64,000 nt of DNA from an uncultured virus (IMG/VR IMGVR_UViG_3300031766_000002) (IMGVR_UViG_3300031766_000002), one strand, 5' to 3'; shown: positions 1 to 8,704, counted from the stretch's first letter. The notes: generated from the sequence alone by a model not told the origin. Made by a program: numbers and translations.

Positions 1-223
1 TTGGCTCGAAATTAAATTCTGCCTCATATACTATTTTATTCCAATTATATTGGTCTATTACTCTATCATACTCTTCTTTTAGCTGTATTAGCTTCTGCTG
101 AGTGTCTCTCTCTATACTAGAAATCCCTCGCGACTTGAATGAAGTGAGGTCATTCTTGATTATAGGAGGAGATAAGGTAGAGACTGGATATGATAGAAAA
201 GCCGAACCAGTGGTATCATTCAT
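1..223 (-). CDS. DUF2452-like protein (partial, runs off the window edge)
   Basis: Not in the ORF track. ATG at 223 translates MNDTTGSAFLSYPVSTLSPPIIKNDLTSFKSRG...EEYDRVIDQYNWNKIVYEAEFNFEP, resembling the DUF2452 pattern (YP..S..PPI...D...K; WN..Y.A.FNFEP). Confidence 0.65.
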   Translation of the reverse strand, partial: MNDTTGSAFLSYPVSTLSPPIIKNDLTSFKSRGISSIERDTQQKLIQLKEEYDRVIDQYNWNKIVYEAEFNFEP

Positions 224-224
224 A

Positions 225-1064
225 CTAAATTGCTACTTTTAATTTGCCAAAACATCTAGTCAGACCTTCTTCAATTGATACCAAAGGATTAAAACCCAAA
301 TCTTTTTTTGTCTCAGTTATGTCTGCTAAAGTATTTTTTACATCCCCTTTTCTTTCTGGAGAGTTATCCCATTCGACCCTATGCCTTTGATTTATAAAAT
401 CTCTAATATAATTCATTGAGACTGATTCTCCAGATCCTACATTATAAACCTTACCCCCAAGCCAATCTTTTGATTCCATAGCACAAATATTTGCTAGAAC
501 AATATCTTCAACATGAACAAGATCACGAGTTTGCTCCCCATCTCCGTCCATACGCAAAGGTTTTCCTTCTCGTATCATTTGCATCCATGCACCAATCGCT
601 GTCGAATAAGCCCCACTGTAGCTTTGATCTTCAGAGTAAGCATTAAAATAACGAAGACAAACTGTATCTAGGCCATATAATTGAGAAAATAACTTACATT
701 CCATTTCTGAAACTAACTTGTGTAGTCCATAAGGCGAACAAGAAACACCATCTCCATTGCCATTTGCAGCACTTGAAGAACTAAAAATAACACGCTTTAC
801 ATCATGATTTGTTGCCCACTCTAAGAGTGTCGAGGTGACAAGAACATTTTGTTTCATTGTGTAAGACGGATTACGAACAGAGAACTCAACTCTTGGTTCA
901 GCAGCAAGATGGAATACATAATCAAAATCTTCATCAGGTAAACAGTGCAGGACATCTTCATTATCTTTTATGTCTATACCACGCACATCATGGCCTAGAG
1001 ATTTTAATTTATCAAATATATGACTTCCGATATACCCTTTATGACCTGTTACTAATATTCTCAT
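225..1064 (-). CDS. NAD-dependent epimerase/dehydratase (extended SDR, nucleotide-sugar epimerase)
   Basis: TGHKGYIG Rossmann motif, SSS, YGLHK (YxxxK), LRYFN, GDGEQTRD. Confidence 0.9.
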   Translation of the reverse strand: MRILVTGHKGYIGSHIFDKLKSLGHDVRGIDIKDNEDVLHCLPDEDFDYVFHLAAEPRVEFSVRNPSYTMKQNVLVTSTLLEWATNHDVKRVIFSSSSAANGNGDGVSCSPYGLHKLVSEMECKLFSQLYGLDTVCLRYFNAYSEDQSYSGAYSTAIGAWMQMIREGKPLRMDGDGEQTRDLVHVEDIVLANICAMESKDWLGGKVYNVGSGESVSMNYIRDFINQRHRVEWDNSPERKGDVKNTLADITETKKDLGFNPLVSIEEGLTRCFGKLKVAI

Positions 1065-1071
1065 AATTATT

Positions 1072-1671
1072 CTATTTAGGCCAATAAAAACCCTTTTCTA
1101 TTAGAACCCGCTGACCAAAAATTTTATTTTTCCATAATGTTTTGCCAACTTCTACGTCTTCAAATATAGAATATTTATCTCCAAGTTCGTATTCAGCTAA
1201 AATCAAAGCTGATCTTTTAGATAAAAAATAAGCTCCTCCCATGCAATAAAATATCCAAGGAATAAAAAGCTTTACATTGTGCAACTCTTCATTTTCACAT
1301 TTTCCGAAATGCCAACTAGAATGATAACCTCCTCTAACTAGTAGCCCAGAATAATCACTCTCTGAAGCATCATCAACGATTTGATCGAACCCATCTAGGA
1401 AAACAACATCATCATCTGTTTTTAGCAGCAAGTCAAAATCTTTATTCTCAACTACCCACTTAACAGCCATTAAACTTTTTCTGCTTAAACTTTCATAATT
1501 GTCTGGGCAAGGCAAATAAACTACTTTCCCTTTAACTAAGGGAGAGGATAGTGTGGGGTCGCCAATGAAATACATATGATCCCCAAGCTTAGAAGTATCT
1601 TGCGACAACATTTTGTGCCTATACTTCTCACAAGATAAAATTATTGTAAATAATCGCTTCTTCGATCCCAT
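1072..1671 (-). CDS. Galactosyltransferase-like glycosyltransferase (GT31 / Galactosyl_T fold)
   Basis: DNYESL..K, KTDDD, YCMGGAYFLS and EDVEVG motifs. Confidence 0.8.
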   Translation of the reverse strand: MGSKKRLFTIILSCEKYRHKMLSQDTSKLGDHMYFIGDPTLSSPLVKGKVVYLPCPDNYESLSRKSLMAVKWVVENKDFDLLLKTDDDVVFLDGFDQIVDDASESDYSGLLVRGGYHSSWHFGKCENEELHNVKLFIPWIFYCMGGAYFLSKRSALILAEYELGDKYSIFEDVEVGKTLWKNKIFGQRVLIEKGFYWPK

Positions 1672-1674
1672 ATT

Positions 1675-3012
1675 TTAAAATTTAAGCTTAATAGCCCTAG
1701 AAGTCCCTGCTAGTCCGAAGAAAACATCTTTACCTTTGACTGTAGTGCAAGTAGAATAACCAGTTCCAAGACTCATAATCCCAGAACCTTCTTTCACTGT
1801 AGAACAACCATCCTTAAACTGATACTCATAGTCCTCCCATTGGATCTCTTGAGTGAGTGGATTCACCCTAAAGCACTTAGTATCTCCCCAGAATGCACTG
1901 TAAAGCCATCCGTCAGGAGCGAGGTAACCGTGAAAGTTTTTATTTTTATTAGCTACCTTTAAATATTCTGCTGGCAAATCAATCTCCTCATAACTATCAT
2001 CAGCACAATTAATAATTAAAATCTTTTTGCCCGTCCTTGGTAGGCAGAATACCTTATTAACACTTGGAACATAAGTAGCTCCAACATACTTCACGCTAAA
2101 TCCAGAAACTCCAGAAGTGACAGGCTTACCTTCCAACAAGAAAGAGTCACCATTCTGATCTATCTTTAGAATCTTACTTCCTAAAGCTGGTGGCATATAA
2201 ACATTGCCATCTGAATCTGCTGCTGCTCCCCACACATGACCAAAGAATCCTGTTTGTGGAGGAGTGAATGACCCAATCTCACCCGTCTTAATATTTAAAG
2301 TATAAATTTTTAATGTCTTTGTATAAGATGGCATGTAGATAATACCATTAGCCCCTTCTGCACCAGATCTAATTTGAGGGCAAGAATTAAATTTCTTTTC
2401 TAAAGTAATCTCACCAGTTGATCTTTTTAACTTAGCGATAGAAGTAGAATACGCTGGTAAAAAATAAGTATAGCCATCAGAAGCTTCTACATTACCAATG
2501 AAACCATGACTCCCATCAGTATTTCTTTTAATAGAACCAGAAAGAGTATCTGTCTCAATATACATATCAGACTTGTAGCCTAACGAATGGATGACCCCAT
2601 TATCATCCATCGCCATCGTGCGAGTCTTTGTCAGATTACCGCTGATCTCGCCTTTTAAATACTCCAGCTTTGGCCAAAATGTTTTCGATGAGTCTAAAAA
2701 AAAACCTTCCGAACTCGACTCCGCGCTGGTGTATTCAGCGGAGGTTTCAGCACTCGTCTCCGCACTCGTCTCCGCACTCGTCTCCGCACTCGTCTCCCAA
2801 GGTGGCTCAGAACTTGACTCAGAACTTGACTCAGAACTACTGTATTCCGCGCTGGTGTATTCTGCACTAGAAGTACATTCAGAACTAGAAACCTCTAACT
2901 CAGCACTAGAAATAAGCTCAGAGCTTGATAAGTTATTTTTTAATCGTTTTAATTGATTTACTGAGGTCTCTAATGAGTCAATTACTAATGAGATTTGATC
3001 TGACGTTTTCAT
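1675..3012 (-). CDS. Hypothetical protein: N-terminal Ser/Thr/Glu-rich repeat tract followed by a probable beta-propeller
   Basis: ETSA/SSES repeats, then ~45-aa spaced G.(I/V)Y(M/F)(L)P motifs (DGYTYFLP, NGIIYMP, DGNVYMPP, NKVFCLP, DGWLY). Confidence 0.6.
   Translation of the reverse strand: MKTSDQISLVIDSLETSVNQLKRLKNNLSSSELISSAELEVSSSECTSSAEYTSAEYSSSESSSESSSEPPWETSAETSAETSAETSAETSAEYTSAESSSEGFFLDSSKTFWPKLEYLKGEISGNLTKTRTMAMDDNGVIHSLGYKSDMYIETDTLSGSIKRNTDGSHGFIGNVEASDGYTYFLPAYSTSIAKLKRSTGEITLEKKFNSCPQIRSGAEGANGIIYMPSYTKTLKIYTLNIKTGEIGSFTPPQTGFFGHVWGAAADSDGNVYMPPALGSKILKIDQNGDSFLLEGKPVTSGVSGFSVKYVGATYVPSVNKVFCLPRTGKKILIINCADDSYEEIDLPAEYLKVANKNKNFHGYLAPDGWLYSAFWGDTKCFRVNPLTQEIQWEDYEYQFKDGCSTVKEGSGIMSLGTGYSTCTTVKGKDVFFGLAGTSRAIKLKF
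2750..2797 (+). repeat. 12-bp tandem repeat GCACTCGTCTCC x4 (encodes ETSA on the minus strand), flanked by degenerate CTCAGAACTTGA and CGCTGGTGTATTC repeats
   Basis: Directly visible at 2750-2797, with related units extending over about 2720-2890. Confidence 0.9.
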
Positions 3013-3020
3013 GCTAATAT

Positions 3021-3049
3021 ATTCTAATAGAAGTTGGTTTAGTTGTCAA
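3021..3049 (-). promoter_or_regulatory. sigma70-type promoter, near-leaderless
   Basis: TTGACA-N17-TAGAAT, then 8 nt to the ATG at 3012. Confidence 0.7.
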
Positions 3050-3059
3050 GTTAATTTAT

Positions 3060-3135
3060 TGGTGCGCTCGGCGAGATTCGAACTCGCGACCAAGGGTTTA
3101 TGAGACCCCTGCTCTAACCACTGAGCTACAAGCGC
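3060..3135 (-). tRNA. tRNA with CAT anticodon (Ile2-like or elongator Met), CCA encoded
   Basis: GCGCTTG/CGAGCGC acceptor stem, GCTC-AGTGGTTA-GAGC D arm, GGGGT-CTCATAA-ACCCT anticodon arm, GCGAG-TTCGAAT-CTCGC T arm, ACCA end. The 1:72 pair is formed, so it is not an initiator. Confidence 0.95.
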
Positions 3136-3142
3136 ATTTTTA

Positions 3143-3727
3143 TTATCCAAATTTGTAATTAAAAGCTTCTATATCTTCAGAATACTTATCTTGAACCAGC
3201 TTTTTATTTTCATCAGTATACCATTCAGTATAATGCTTATGAACCGTTTTGTTTTCATGCGGTAATTGTTTGGATTCAATCCCCAAATTTTCGCAAACTA
3301 AATCGAAGTCTCCTTGTAGATCCTCAAACTTACCTATAAAATCTATATTTTTATTGATAAAATAAGATTGCGGTTTGCAGTGACTCTCAAATACAGGAGA
3401 ATTAAAAAAAGATTTAAAAGTAAACTCATAACCAAGCCTCTTGGAATATAAGTAAGAAGACATTATCCTGTCCCAAGGATTCCTGACGAAAGTAAAAGAA
3501 AAATATTCTTCCTGCTTTTCTAATGTAAAATTCCTTAAAGACATGTGTTGCGACTGCTTAAACCCAATGTTGAATTCAGCTCTCACCTTCATTGGCAATG
3601 CTTCCAAAGGGTATTCCCTTGTCCAATCATTACTTATACCATATTGGGATAAAAAAAACCTCTCTATCGAAGTACCACCACACTTAGGTATATGTATAAA
3701 TATAAATTTATCTTTATGACTAATCAT
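3143..3727 (-). CDS. Sulfotransferase family 2 protein
   Basis: FIHIPKCGGTSI (5'-PSB), FVRNPWDRIMSSY (3'-PB), DFIGKFE, EDIEAFNY. Confidence 0.9.
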   Translation of the reverse strand: MISHKDKFIFIHIPKCGGTSIERFFLSQYGISNDWTREYPLEALPMKVRAEFNIGFKQSQHMSLRNFTLEKQEEYFSFTFVRNPWDRIMSSYLYSKRLGYEFTFKSFFNSPVFESHCKPQSYFINKNIDFIGKFEDLQGDFDLVCENLGIESKQLPHENKTVHKHYTEWYTDENKKLVQDKYSEDIEAFNYKFG

Positions 3728-3733
3728 ACAAAT

Positions 3734-3810
3734 TGGTAGCTGTGATGAGATTCGAACTCATACTGGACGGATTTTAAGTCCGTTGTCTCTGCCAATTGGA
3801 CTACACAGCC
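3734..3810 (-). tRNA. tRNA-Leu(TAA), CCA encoded, short variable loop
   Basis: GGCTGTG/CACAGCT acceptor stem, ACGGA-CTTAAAA-TCCGT anticodon arm, variable region CCAGT, ATGAG-TTCGAAT-CTCAT T arm, ACCA end. Confidence 0.93.
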
Positions 3811-3917
3811 GAAAATAAAAAATTAAAATGTATCAAAAATATCTTCCAATAAACCAAGGCGATACATCATGAATAATATTATGGCAATAAATATTGCTAA
3901 AACAAGTTCGCTTTTGT

Positions 3918-4160
3918 TCATGATTCTCTTACCCTAACTACTTCTTTCTTGACATTCTCAAAGTCTTTATCATATCTATCTGACCAGTGAGGATCTTTAG
4001 CTTGTAGAGCCTCTTCGTATTCCTTGTCGATAAGTTGATTCTGGATCTGCCTCTCTCTCCAACTTGGAGGATTCAAAATTTGTTTTAAATCAAGAGTCGA
4101 TTCCTTCCCAAACATAGATCGCTTGAGTTTATCTAAAAATAATTTAAATTTGTTTTTCAT
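3918..4160 (-). CDS. Hypothetical protein (probable start MKNKFK at 4160)
   Basis: ORF track. The ATG at 4160 directly follows the stop of the upstream small ORF. Confidence 0.6.
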   Translation of the reverse strand: MKNKFKLFLDKLKRSMFGKESTLDLKQILNPPSWRERQIQNQLIDKEYEEALQAKDPHWSDRYDKDFENVKKEVVRVRES

Positions 4161-4161
4161 T

Positions 4162-4326
4162 TTACCAATGTCTAATTGTATTTGCAATAATGAACCCGCA
4201 AGTTGTGATATGGATTAGCCACCAAAAAGTTCTAATGGCTGCTGCAATGTCTGCTTCTTTCCCATCATCTGAGATTTTTTGACCCATTGTCCTAGCCCAT
4301 ATTCTCCACAATCTTTTTACATTCAT
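4162..4326 (-). CDS. Small phage membrane protein (54 aa)
   Basis: Not in the track. MNVKRLWRIWARTMGQKISDDGKEADIAAAIRTFWWLIHITTCGFIIANTIRHW fills the gap exactly and has a hydrophobic C-terminus. Confidence 0.65.
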   Translation of the reverse strand: MNVKRLWRIWARTMGQKISDDGKEADIAAAIRTFWWLIHITTCGFIIANTIRHW

Positions 4327-4330
4327 TTCT

Positions 4331-4597
4331 TTATCCCATCAACGAATCACAGTATTCACTGAACGACTGATCCAACTTTCCGTTATAACAGTAATCAAAG
4401 AGCCAATCTTCTAACTCACTGGGGAACGGCCAGCGATCCTCTTCTTCGAAGCCTTTAACCAAGCCTTTTTCTTTAGCTTTTTTACAAAGTCCTTCCAACC
4501 AATCTTCTTGAATCTTGGCAAGTTGTTGAATAAACTTAGCAACTTCGAATGCTTTATCATCGAATTCCGCTGCTATTTCTCTTTTTTCCTGCTCCAT
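4331..4597 (-). CDS. Hypothetical protein
   Basis: ORF track, part of a tightly packed minus-strand run. Confidence 0.6.
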   Translation of the reverse strand: MEQEKREIAAEFDDKAFEVAKFIQQLAKIQEDWLEGLCKKAKEKGLVKGFEEEDRWPFPSELEDWLFDYCYNGKLDQSFSEYCDSLMG

Positions 4598-4605
4598 AAT
4601 ATTTT

Positions 4606-5025
4606 CTACTTAGCCGATACCACAATATATTCGTGATTGTCTTTATAACTGTGAGCGTAGTTAATACAATCCTTGAAGTCTCCATGATAGTCAATGAAAG
4701 AAGCATCGACAACAAAGAACTTACCATCTGGAAGAGGATACTTCTCTGCACCTTTAGCTAAGTGAGTCGAGGAGATTCTCCATCTGGTCCCCTCTCTCTT
4801 GACCAAGCTTTTAAAACGCTTCATCTCAGAGGGATGATCGTCCTCATTGAAATGACTAAGCATCTTCTCAAGTTGAAATTTAGTCAGAGATACACACGCC
4901 TCAACCTTTTCTGGATACACAAGACGAGTTTCAATCTTGGTTTGAGTTTTTGGCTCCTTGATACAGTGCCAAGTTGCAAGACCCCAAAGCGGGAGTGCTG
5001 TCGCTAGGAATAATTTTGTTTTCAT
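4606..5025 (-). CDS. Hypothetical protein with N-terminal signal/TM segment
   Basis: MKTKLFLATALPLWGLATW N-terminus. Confidence 0.6.
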   Translation of the reverse strand: MKTKLFLATALPLWGLATWHCIKEPKTQTKIETRLVYPEKVEACVSLTKFQLEKMLSHFNEDDHPSEMKRFKSLVKREGTRWRISSTHLAKGAEKYPLPDGKFFVVDASFIDYHGDFKDCINYAHSYKDNHEYIVVSAK

Positions 5026-5046
5026 TTTTTAATAATCAACTAGAAC

Positions 5047-5253
5047 TTAAGCATCGTCATCTGTATTAATGACTGAGTTAATACTCACTTGAGAGTAGCC
5101 CATAGACTTCAGCATAGGGACAACCATAGTATCCATAAAGTCTGTAAGGGTCATGTCATCCATTGGATGCTCAAGACTCAAAGTGCTTTGCATGAATCTT
5201 GGGTCTTTCTTCGAAGACCAGTTATCTGTCGTTGGTTCATATGTTAATTTCAT
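5047..5253 (-). CDS. Hypothetical protein
   Basis: ORF track, ATGA overlap with the upstream gene. Confidence 0.55.
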   Translation of the reverse strand: MKLTYEPTTDNWSSKKDPRFMQSTLSLEHPMDDMTLTDFMDTMVVPMLKSMGYSQVSINSVINTDDDA

Positions 5254-5444
5254 TTTTCTGGGTATATTTCTTTTTCTGATCCATCTTGAAAAAGTGCCAT
5301 GACTTTTCCTTTACATTGTATAGCATTTTGCTTTGCCATCTCCAAGCAATTGATGGAGGGATTCACTTTCTCAAGGTCAGTTGAATACCCGCCCATCCAA
5401 TCGCCCTTACGACTGTAGACGTTATATGTTTTAACTTCAGACAT
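5250..5444 (-). CDS. Hypothetical protein
   Basis: ORF track, coupled start/stop. Confidence 0.55.
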   Translation of the reverse strand: MSEVKTYNVYSRKGDWMGGYSTDLEKVNPSINCLEMAKQNAIQCKGKVMALFQDGSEKEIYPEK

Positions 5445-5662
5445 TATGCTTCAAGCTTGATGTCAATCTTTGATGCCTCTTCTGTAGGAGCTTCGCTGCT
5501 GGTAACTACTGCTGTAGGAGCAGAGTCAATAACAACATTTAATTTCTCCAGCCAAACTCTTGATACAGGGATTGTCTGCTTTCTACCAAACAAGTCGTTC
5601 AGTTGCTCTAGGTTGATGTTCACAAATGATGTGCCACCTTTGGGTCTTCCACGTTTTGCCAT
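5444..5662 (-). CDS. Small protein with an N-terminal AT-hook motif
   Basis: MAKRGRPKG contains the R-G-R-P AT-hook core. Confidence 0.6.
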   Translation of the reverse strand: MAKRGRPKGGTSFVNINLEQLNDLFGRKQTIPVSRVWLEKLNVVIDSAPTAVVTSSEAPTEEASKIDIKLEA

Positions 5663-5697
5663 TTTATTAGTTGGTTTGTTTTTTTTTGTTTAGGAGA

Positions 5698-5901
5698 TTA
5701 GTATCCGCACTTCGACACGACTGCACTAGCTTCTCTGGAGAGAACCTCAAGAGTATCGTCATAATCAATCACCTCTGCCTCTTTGAGAGCTTTCTCCAAG
5801 CCACCAATGAGTTCCCAAAGGTTCTCTGCTTTGATCTTCTCGCCGTTGACTGCAATGTCGATCTTAGTAAAGTCAATGTCCAGTTCGTCGTTCATGGTCA
5901 T
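5698..5901 (-). CDS. Hypothetical acidic protein
   Basis: ORF track, preceded by TTGACC-N16-TATTAT. Confidence 0.55.
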   Translation of the reverse strand: MTMNDELDIDFTKIDIAVNGEKIKAENLWELIGGLEKALKEAEVIDYDDTLEVLSREASAVVSKCGY

Positions 5902-5940
5902 ATAATAGTAGGTTTTATCTTAGGGTCAAGTTTTTTTTCA

Positions 5941-6873
5941 TTAAATTGTTTGAGCAAATGCCATACCCTGTCTGGTAAGTTTTCTCTTGACATCTATCTC
6001 TAGCAAGTTCTTCCTCACTAGGATCTGCTCATAGTCTCTCTGGATAGCTTGCTTCTGATAGCCAGTGACAGAGGAGAGGCCATTGAGCGTCATCGCTCCC
6101 CTTTCTTTTAGGGTCTTCACAATCTGAAGCTCAGAGTTAGAGAGGCCCATCGGATTGACTCCCATAGCTACGCAGAACTCAGACCAGACAGTCTTTGTGA
6201 AGACTTTCAGCTTGGTAGCGGAGGCATAGGTCTGAGCGTCCTGAGCTTTGACTACAGCATCCCTTGGGTTTCCTCTCAATACAGAAACGATCTCCTGCTT
6301 CGTTGCAGGATCAATCTGCACCTTTTTTTCTAGATTAGATTCGAAAATTTTGTAAAGCTCTTCCCCAGAGTAATCTTCAAAAGAAATATCTCTAAGTCGA
6401 TCTCTCAGTGGCTCACAAAGCTTTTCTTGATTTGTTGTCGCCATGCAAAGCGAAAGCTTCGAAAAATCAAATGTGAAAGTCCCCTCTTCTGTAGTAACAG
6501 TCCTAACTGGATTTTTGTCCACGTTCAGTGCTGTCAAGAAAATTTCCTGCAAGTCCTTGGGGATGTTGTGTCCCTCATCAATGAAAAGAAAAGCACTATG
6601 CTCAACCCACAATGGGTAAACCTGCTCAAAAAACGCACGAGCGTTTCTGATTGTCTTGCCGTTAATCTCAAGCATTGGAGGACGAGTGCCATCTGGACGC
6701 TCAAGAGCCTCGCGGAACTTACGAGCAAAGAAGGTTTTACCTCCACCCTTCTGGGTAGTGAGGTTAATAAACGGCAAACGGTTTGTCGCCTTGTAAGAGT
6801 CAATGAACACACTCAAAGTGCGCTTGACTGACTCTTGCCCAATTGCTTCTTTGAATATCTTGTTGATTTCCAT
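5941..6873 (-). CDS. ruvB: RuvB-like Holliday-junction branch-migration AAA+ ATPase
   Basis: IGQESVK, Walker A (GGGKT), LFIDEGH, MATTN, PLRDR, RGNPR, and a C-terminal winged helix ending E..L...L....R.LT..G. Confidence 0.8.
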   Translation of the reverse strand: MEINKIFKEAIGQESVKRTLSVFIDSYKATNRLPFINLTTQKGGGKTFFARKFREALERPDGTRPPMLEINGKTIRNARAFFEQVYPLWVEHSAFLFIDEGHNIPKDLQEIFLTALNVDKNPVRTVTTEEGTFTFDFSKLSLCMATTNQEKLCEPLRDRLRDISFEDYSGEELYKIFESNLEKKVQIDPATKQEIVSVLRGNPRDAVVKAQDAQTYASATKLKVFTKTVWSEFCVAMGVNPMGLSNSELQIVKTLKERGAMTLNGLSSVTGYQKQAIQRDYEQILVRKNLLEIDVKRKLTRQGMAFAQTI

Positions 6874-6879
6874 GCCCAG

Positions 6880-6907
6880 AGAATATCAGAATTCTCAAGC
6901 GGGTCAA
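6880..6907 (-). promoter_or_regulatory. sigma70-type promoter, leaderless
   Basis: TTGACC-N16-TATTCT with extended -10 TG, 6 nt to the ATG at 6873. Confidence 0.6.
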
Positions 6908-6926
6908 CACCTTTTTGATTAAAAAA

Positions 6927-7220
6927 TCACTTTTTTCTTAACTCGTTGTGTTTCAGTACCCAAGGAATGACTAAATTTTCTACACATCGAACATACGCTT
7001 CCTCATCATTATTCTCCATAAAGGCTATACCTGTCATCTCAAATATCACATGAGTCACTTCATGAACCAACGTCCACCAATGCTGCTCTGGGTCTTTTAA
7101 GCATTTTTTATTCAATTTAATTGTCTTTTCATCGAATAAACATTCACCCCAATCTTCCATTTCCTCGTAAATGATTTTTATTTTAACATTTAAAACCTCA
7201 ACGAAAGAAAGTCTCTTCAT
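6927..7220 (-). CDS. Small HExxH zinc-metallopeptidase-like protein (ImmA/IrrE-like fold)
   Basis: WGEC...I.LN, TLVHEVTHVI, downstream EEAYV. Confidence 0.7.
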   Translation of the reverse strand: MKRLSFVEVLNVKIKIIYEEMEDWGECLFDEKTIKLNKKCLKDPEQHWWTLVHEVTHVIFEMTGIAFMENNDEEAYVRCVENLVIPWVLKHNELRKK

Positions 7221-7277
7221 CTTAAATAATTACACTTTGATCTTGACTAAGGTCGCAAAACATTGAGAATATTATTA

Positions 7278-7496
7278 ATGACCTCAGAAGAAAAATTAAA
7301 AACGTTAGACCAAGCTAAGGAGAGAATGCTTGAATTAAAAGAAGCACAGAACGTTCTTTACCAAGAAACTAAGAAAAAATTAGGATTAAGCGAGAGATAT
7401 GATCGCGATCTTTGGGACTTTCTAGTGATTGGATTACGATTTGCTAGACATGAGATTGAAGTAGCCCTGCACACAAATGAAGGAAAAGATGCTTGA
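7278..7496 (+). CDS. Hypothetical protein (probable start MTSEEK)
   Basis: ORF track 7263-7496. TTGACT-N16-GAGAAT sits 7 nt before the ATG at 7278. Confidence 0.55.
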   Translation: MTSEEKLKTLDQAKERMLELKEAQNVLYQETKKKLGLSERYDRDLWDFLVIGLRFARHEIEVALHTNEGKDA

Positions 7497-7529
7497 CTTC
7501 AATTTTTAAGCGTTTAAATTAGCCCAGAC

Positions 7530-8027
7530 ATGAATATATTCTGTTTAGATAAAGATCCCGAAATTGCTGCTCGCCAGCATTGCGACAAACATTGTGTCAA
7601 GATGATTCTTGAATGCAATCAGCTTCTCTGCACTACATTCTGGATGCAGGATCTTGAAGCCCCATACAAAAAGACTCATTACAATCACCCCTCTGCAATC
7701 TGGGCCAGAGAGTCTCGTGGTAACTTTGAGTGGCTTGTTCAGCATACAGCAGCTTTACTTAACGAATATACTAGAAGATACGGCAAGCGTCACAAAAGCA
7801 CAGATACTTTTATTTGGATTCTGGAGAACAAACATCACTTGAACTTCGATAAACAAGAGCAAACAGAATTTGCTGTAGCGATTGCTCAAGACCAGAGATG
7901 CAGACAACTACCAAACTTCGAAACTCTTTCTGTTGTCGAAAAGTATCGTGAGTATTACAATCACGATAAATCCTATATGGCAAAATGGAAATACAGCGAA
8001 AAGCCAAAGTGGTATACCGTAAAATAA
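7530..8027 (+). CDS. Pyrimidine-dimer DNA glycosylase/endonuclease V-like (Pyr_excise family) protein
   Basis: MNIFCLD.DP..AA..HCDKHCVKMILE..QLL, THYNHPSAIW, YREYY...K. Confidence 0.8.
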   Translation: MNIFCLDKDPEIAARQHCDKHCVKMILECNQLLCTTFWMQDLEAPYKKTHYNHPSAIWARESRGNFEWLVQHTAALLNEYTRRYGKRHKSTDTFIWILENKHHLNFDKQEQTEFAVAIAQDQRCRQLPNFETLSVVEKYREYYNHDKSYMAKWKYSEKPKWYTVK

Positions 8028-8130
8028 AAAAAATAATATTCGGAAACACAATTTTCGCTTTATCTACTGGATATGCTATTGGACTTTGGGTTTCTATACT
8101 ACTAATTTTAATAAAAGAATACTTTAATTT

Positions 8131-8376
8131 ATGAGAGAAAAATTTGAAAACTGTTTAATAATAATTGGATCAATTGTAGTCGGAATACCCCTTGGGGTTG
8201 TAGTTGGATTAATCTGCTGGTTTAAATTTCCATTCCAAATATATTGGTCAGCAAGAGCCAACTTAGCTTTACAAAGAGTCGAGAGGGCGAAAGTAAAAAT
8301 AAAAGAATACGAAACTGGAGATATCTGGGAGAAGCACATCCAAAAAATGGAAGAAAAAAAATCTTATGACAACTGA
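8131..8376 (+). CDS. Membrane protein
   Basis: Hydrophobic segment LIIIGSIVVGIPLGVVVGLICW. Confidence 0.6.
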   Translation: MREKFENCLIIIGSIVVGIPLGVVVGLICWFKFPFQIYWSARANLALQRVERAKVKIKEYETGDIWEKHIQKMEEKKSYDN

Positions 8377-8704
8377 AGAACTACTAGAACTGCATGAAGA
8401 AACCTGCGAAACTTGCAGGAGAATCATGAGACAAAAAAATAGCGATTATACTGGTGGAGAAAAAGCCACTGATCCTTTCGCTAATTTTAACGCTGCATCT
8501 GTCCTTGGGATTGATCCAGTGCAAGGCTTACTGCTTAGAGTTATTGATAAGATCCAGAGGATTAGGTCTTTCACAAATGACAAGGAGTTGAAGGTCTCAA
8601 ATGAGAGTGTCGAAGATGCTTGCGATGATATCGTAAATTACGCGATATTAGCTAAAGCAATGCTTATGGAACAAAGATCTGAACTTAAAAAAACAGATGA
8701 TTGA
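8366..8704 (+). CDS. DUF1599 / nucleotide-modification-associated helical protein
   Basis: KNSDY, DPFANF, R..DK..R, ESVED...DIVNY. Confidence 0.7.
   Translation: MTTEELLELHEETCETCRRIMRQKNSDYTGGEKATDPFANFNAASVLGIDPVQGLLLRVIDKIQRIRSFTNDKELKVSNESVEDACDDIVNYAILAKAMLMEQRSELKKTDD

Noticed and set aside
2720..2890. CRISPR-like array
   Set aside because: Units are 12-15 bp, tandem, without spacers, and in-frame within a CDS.
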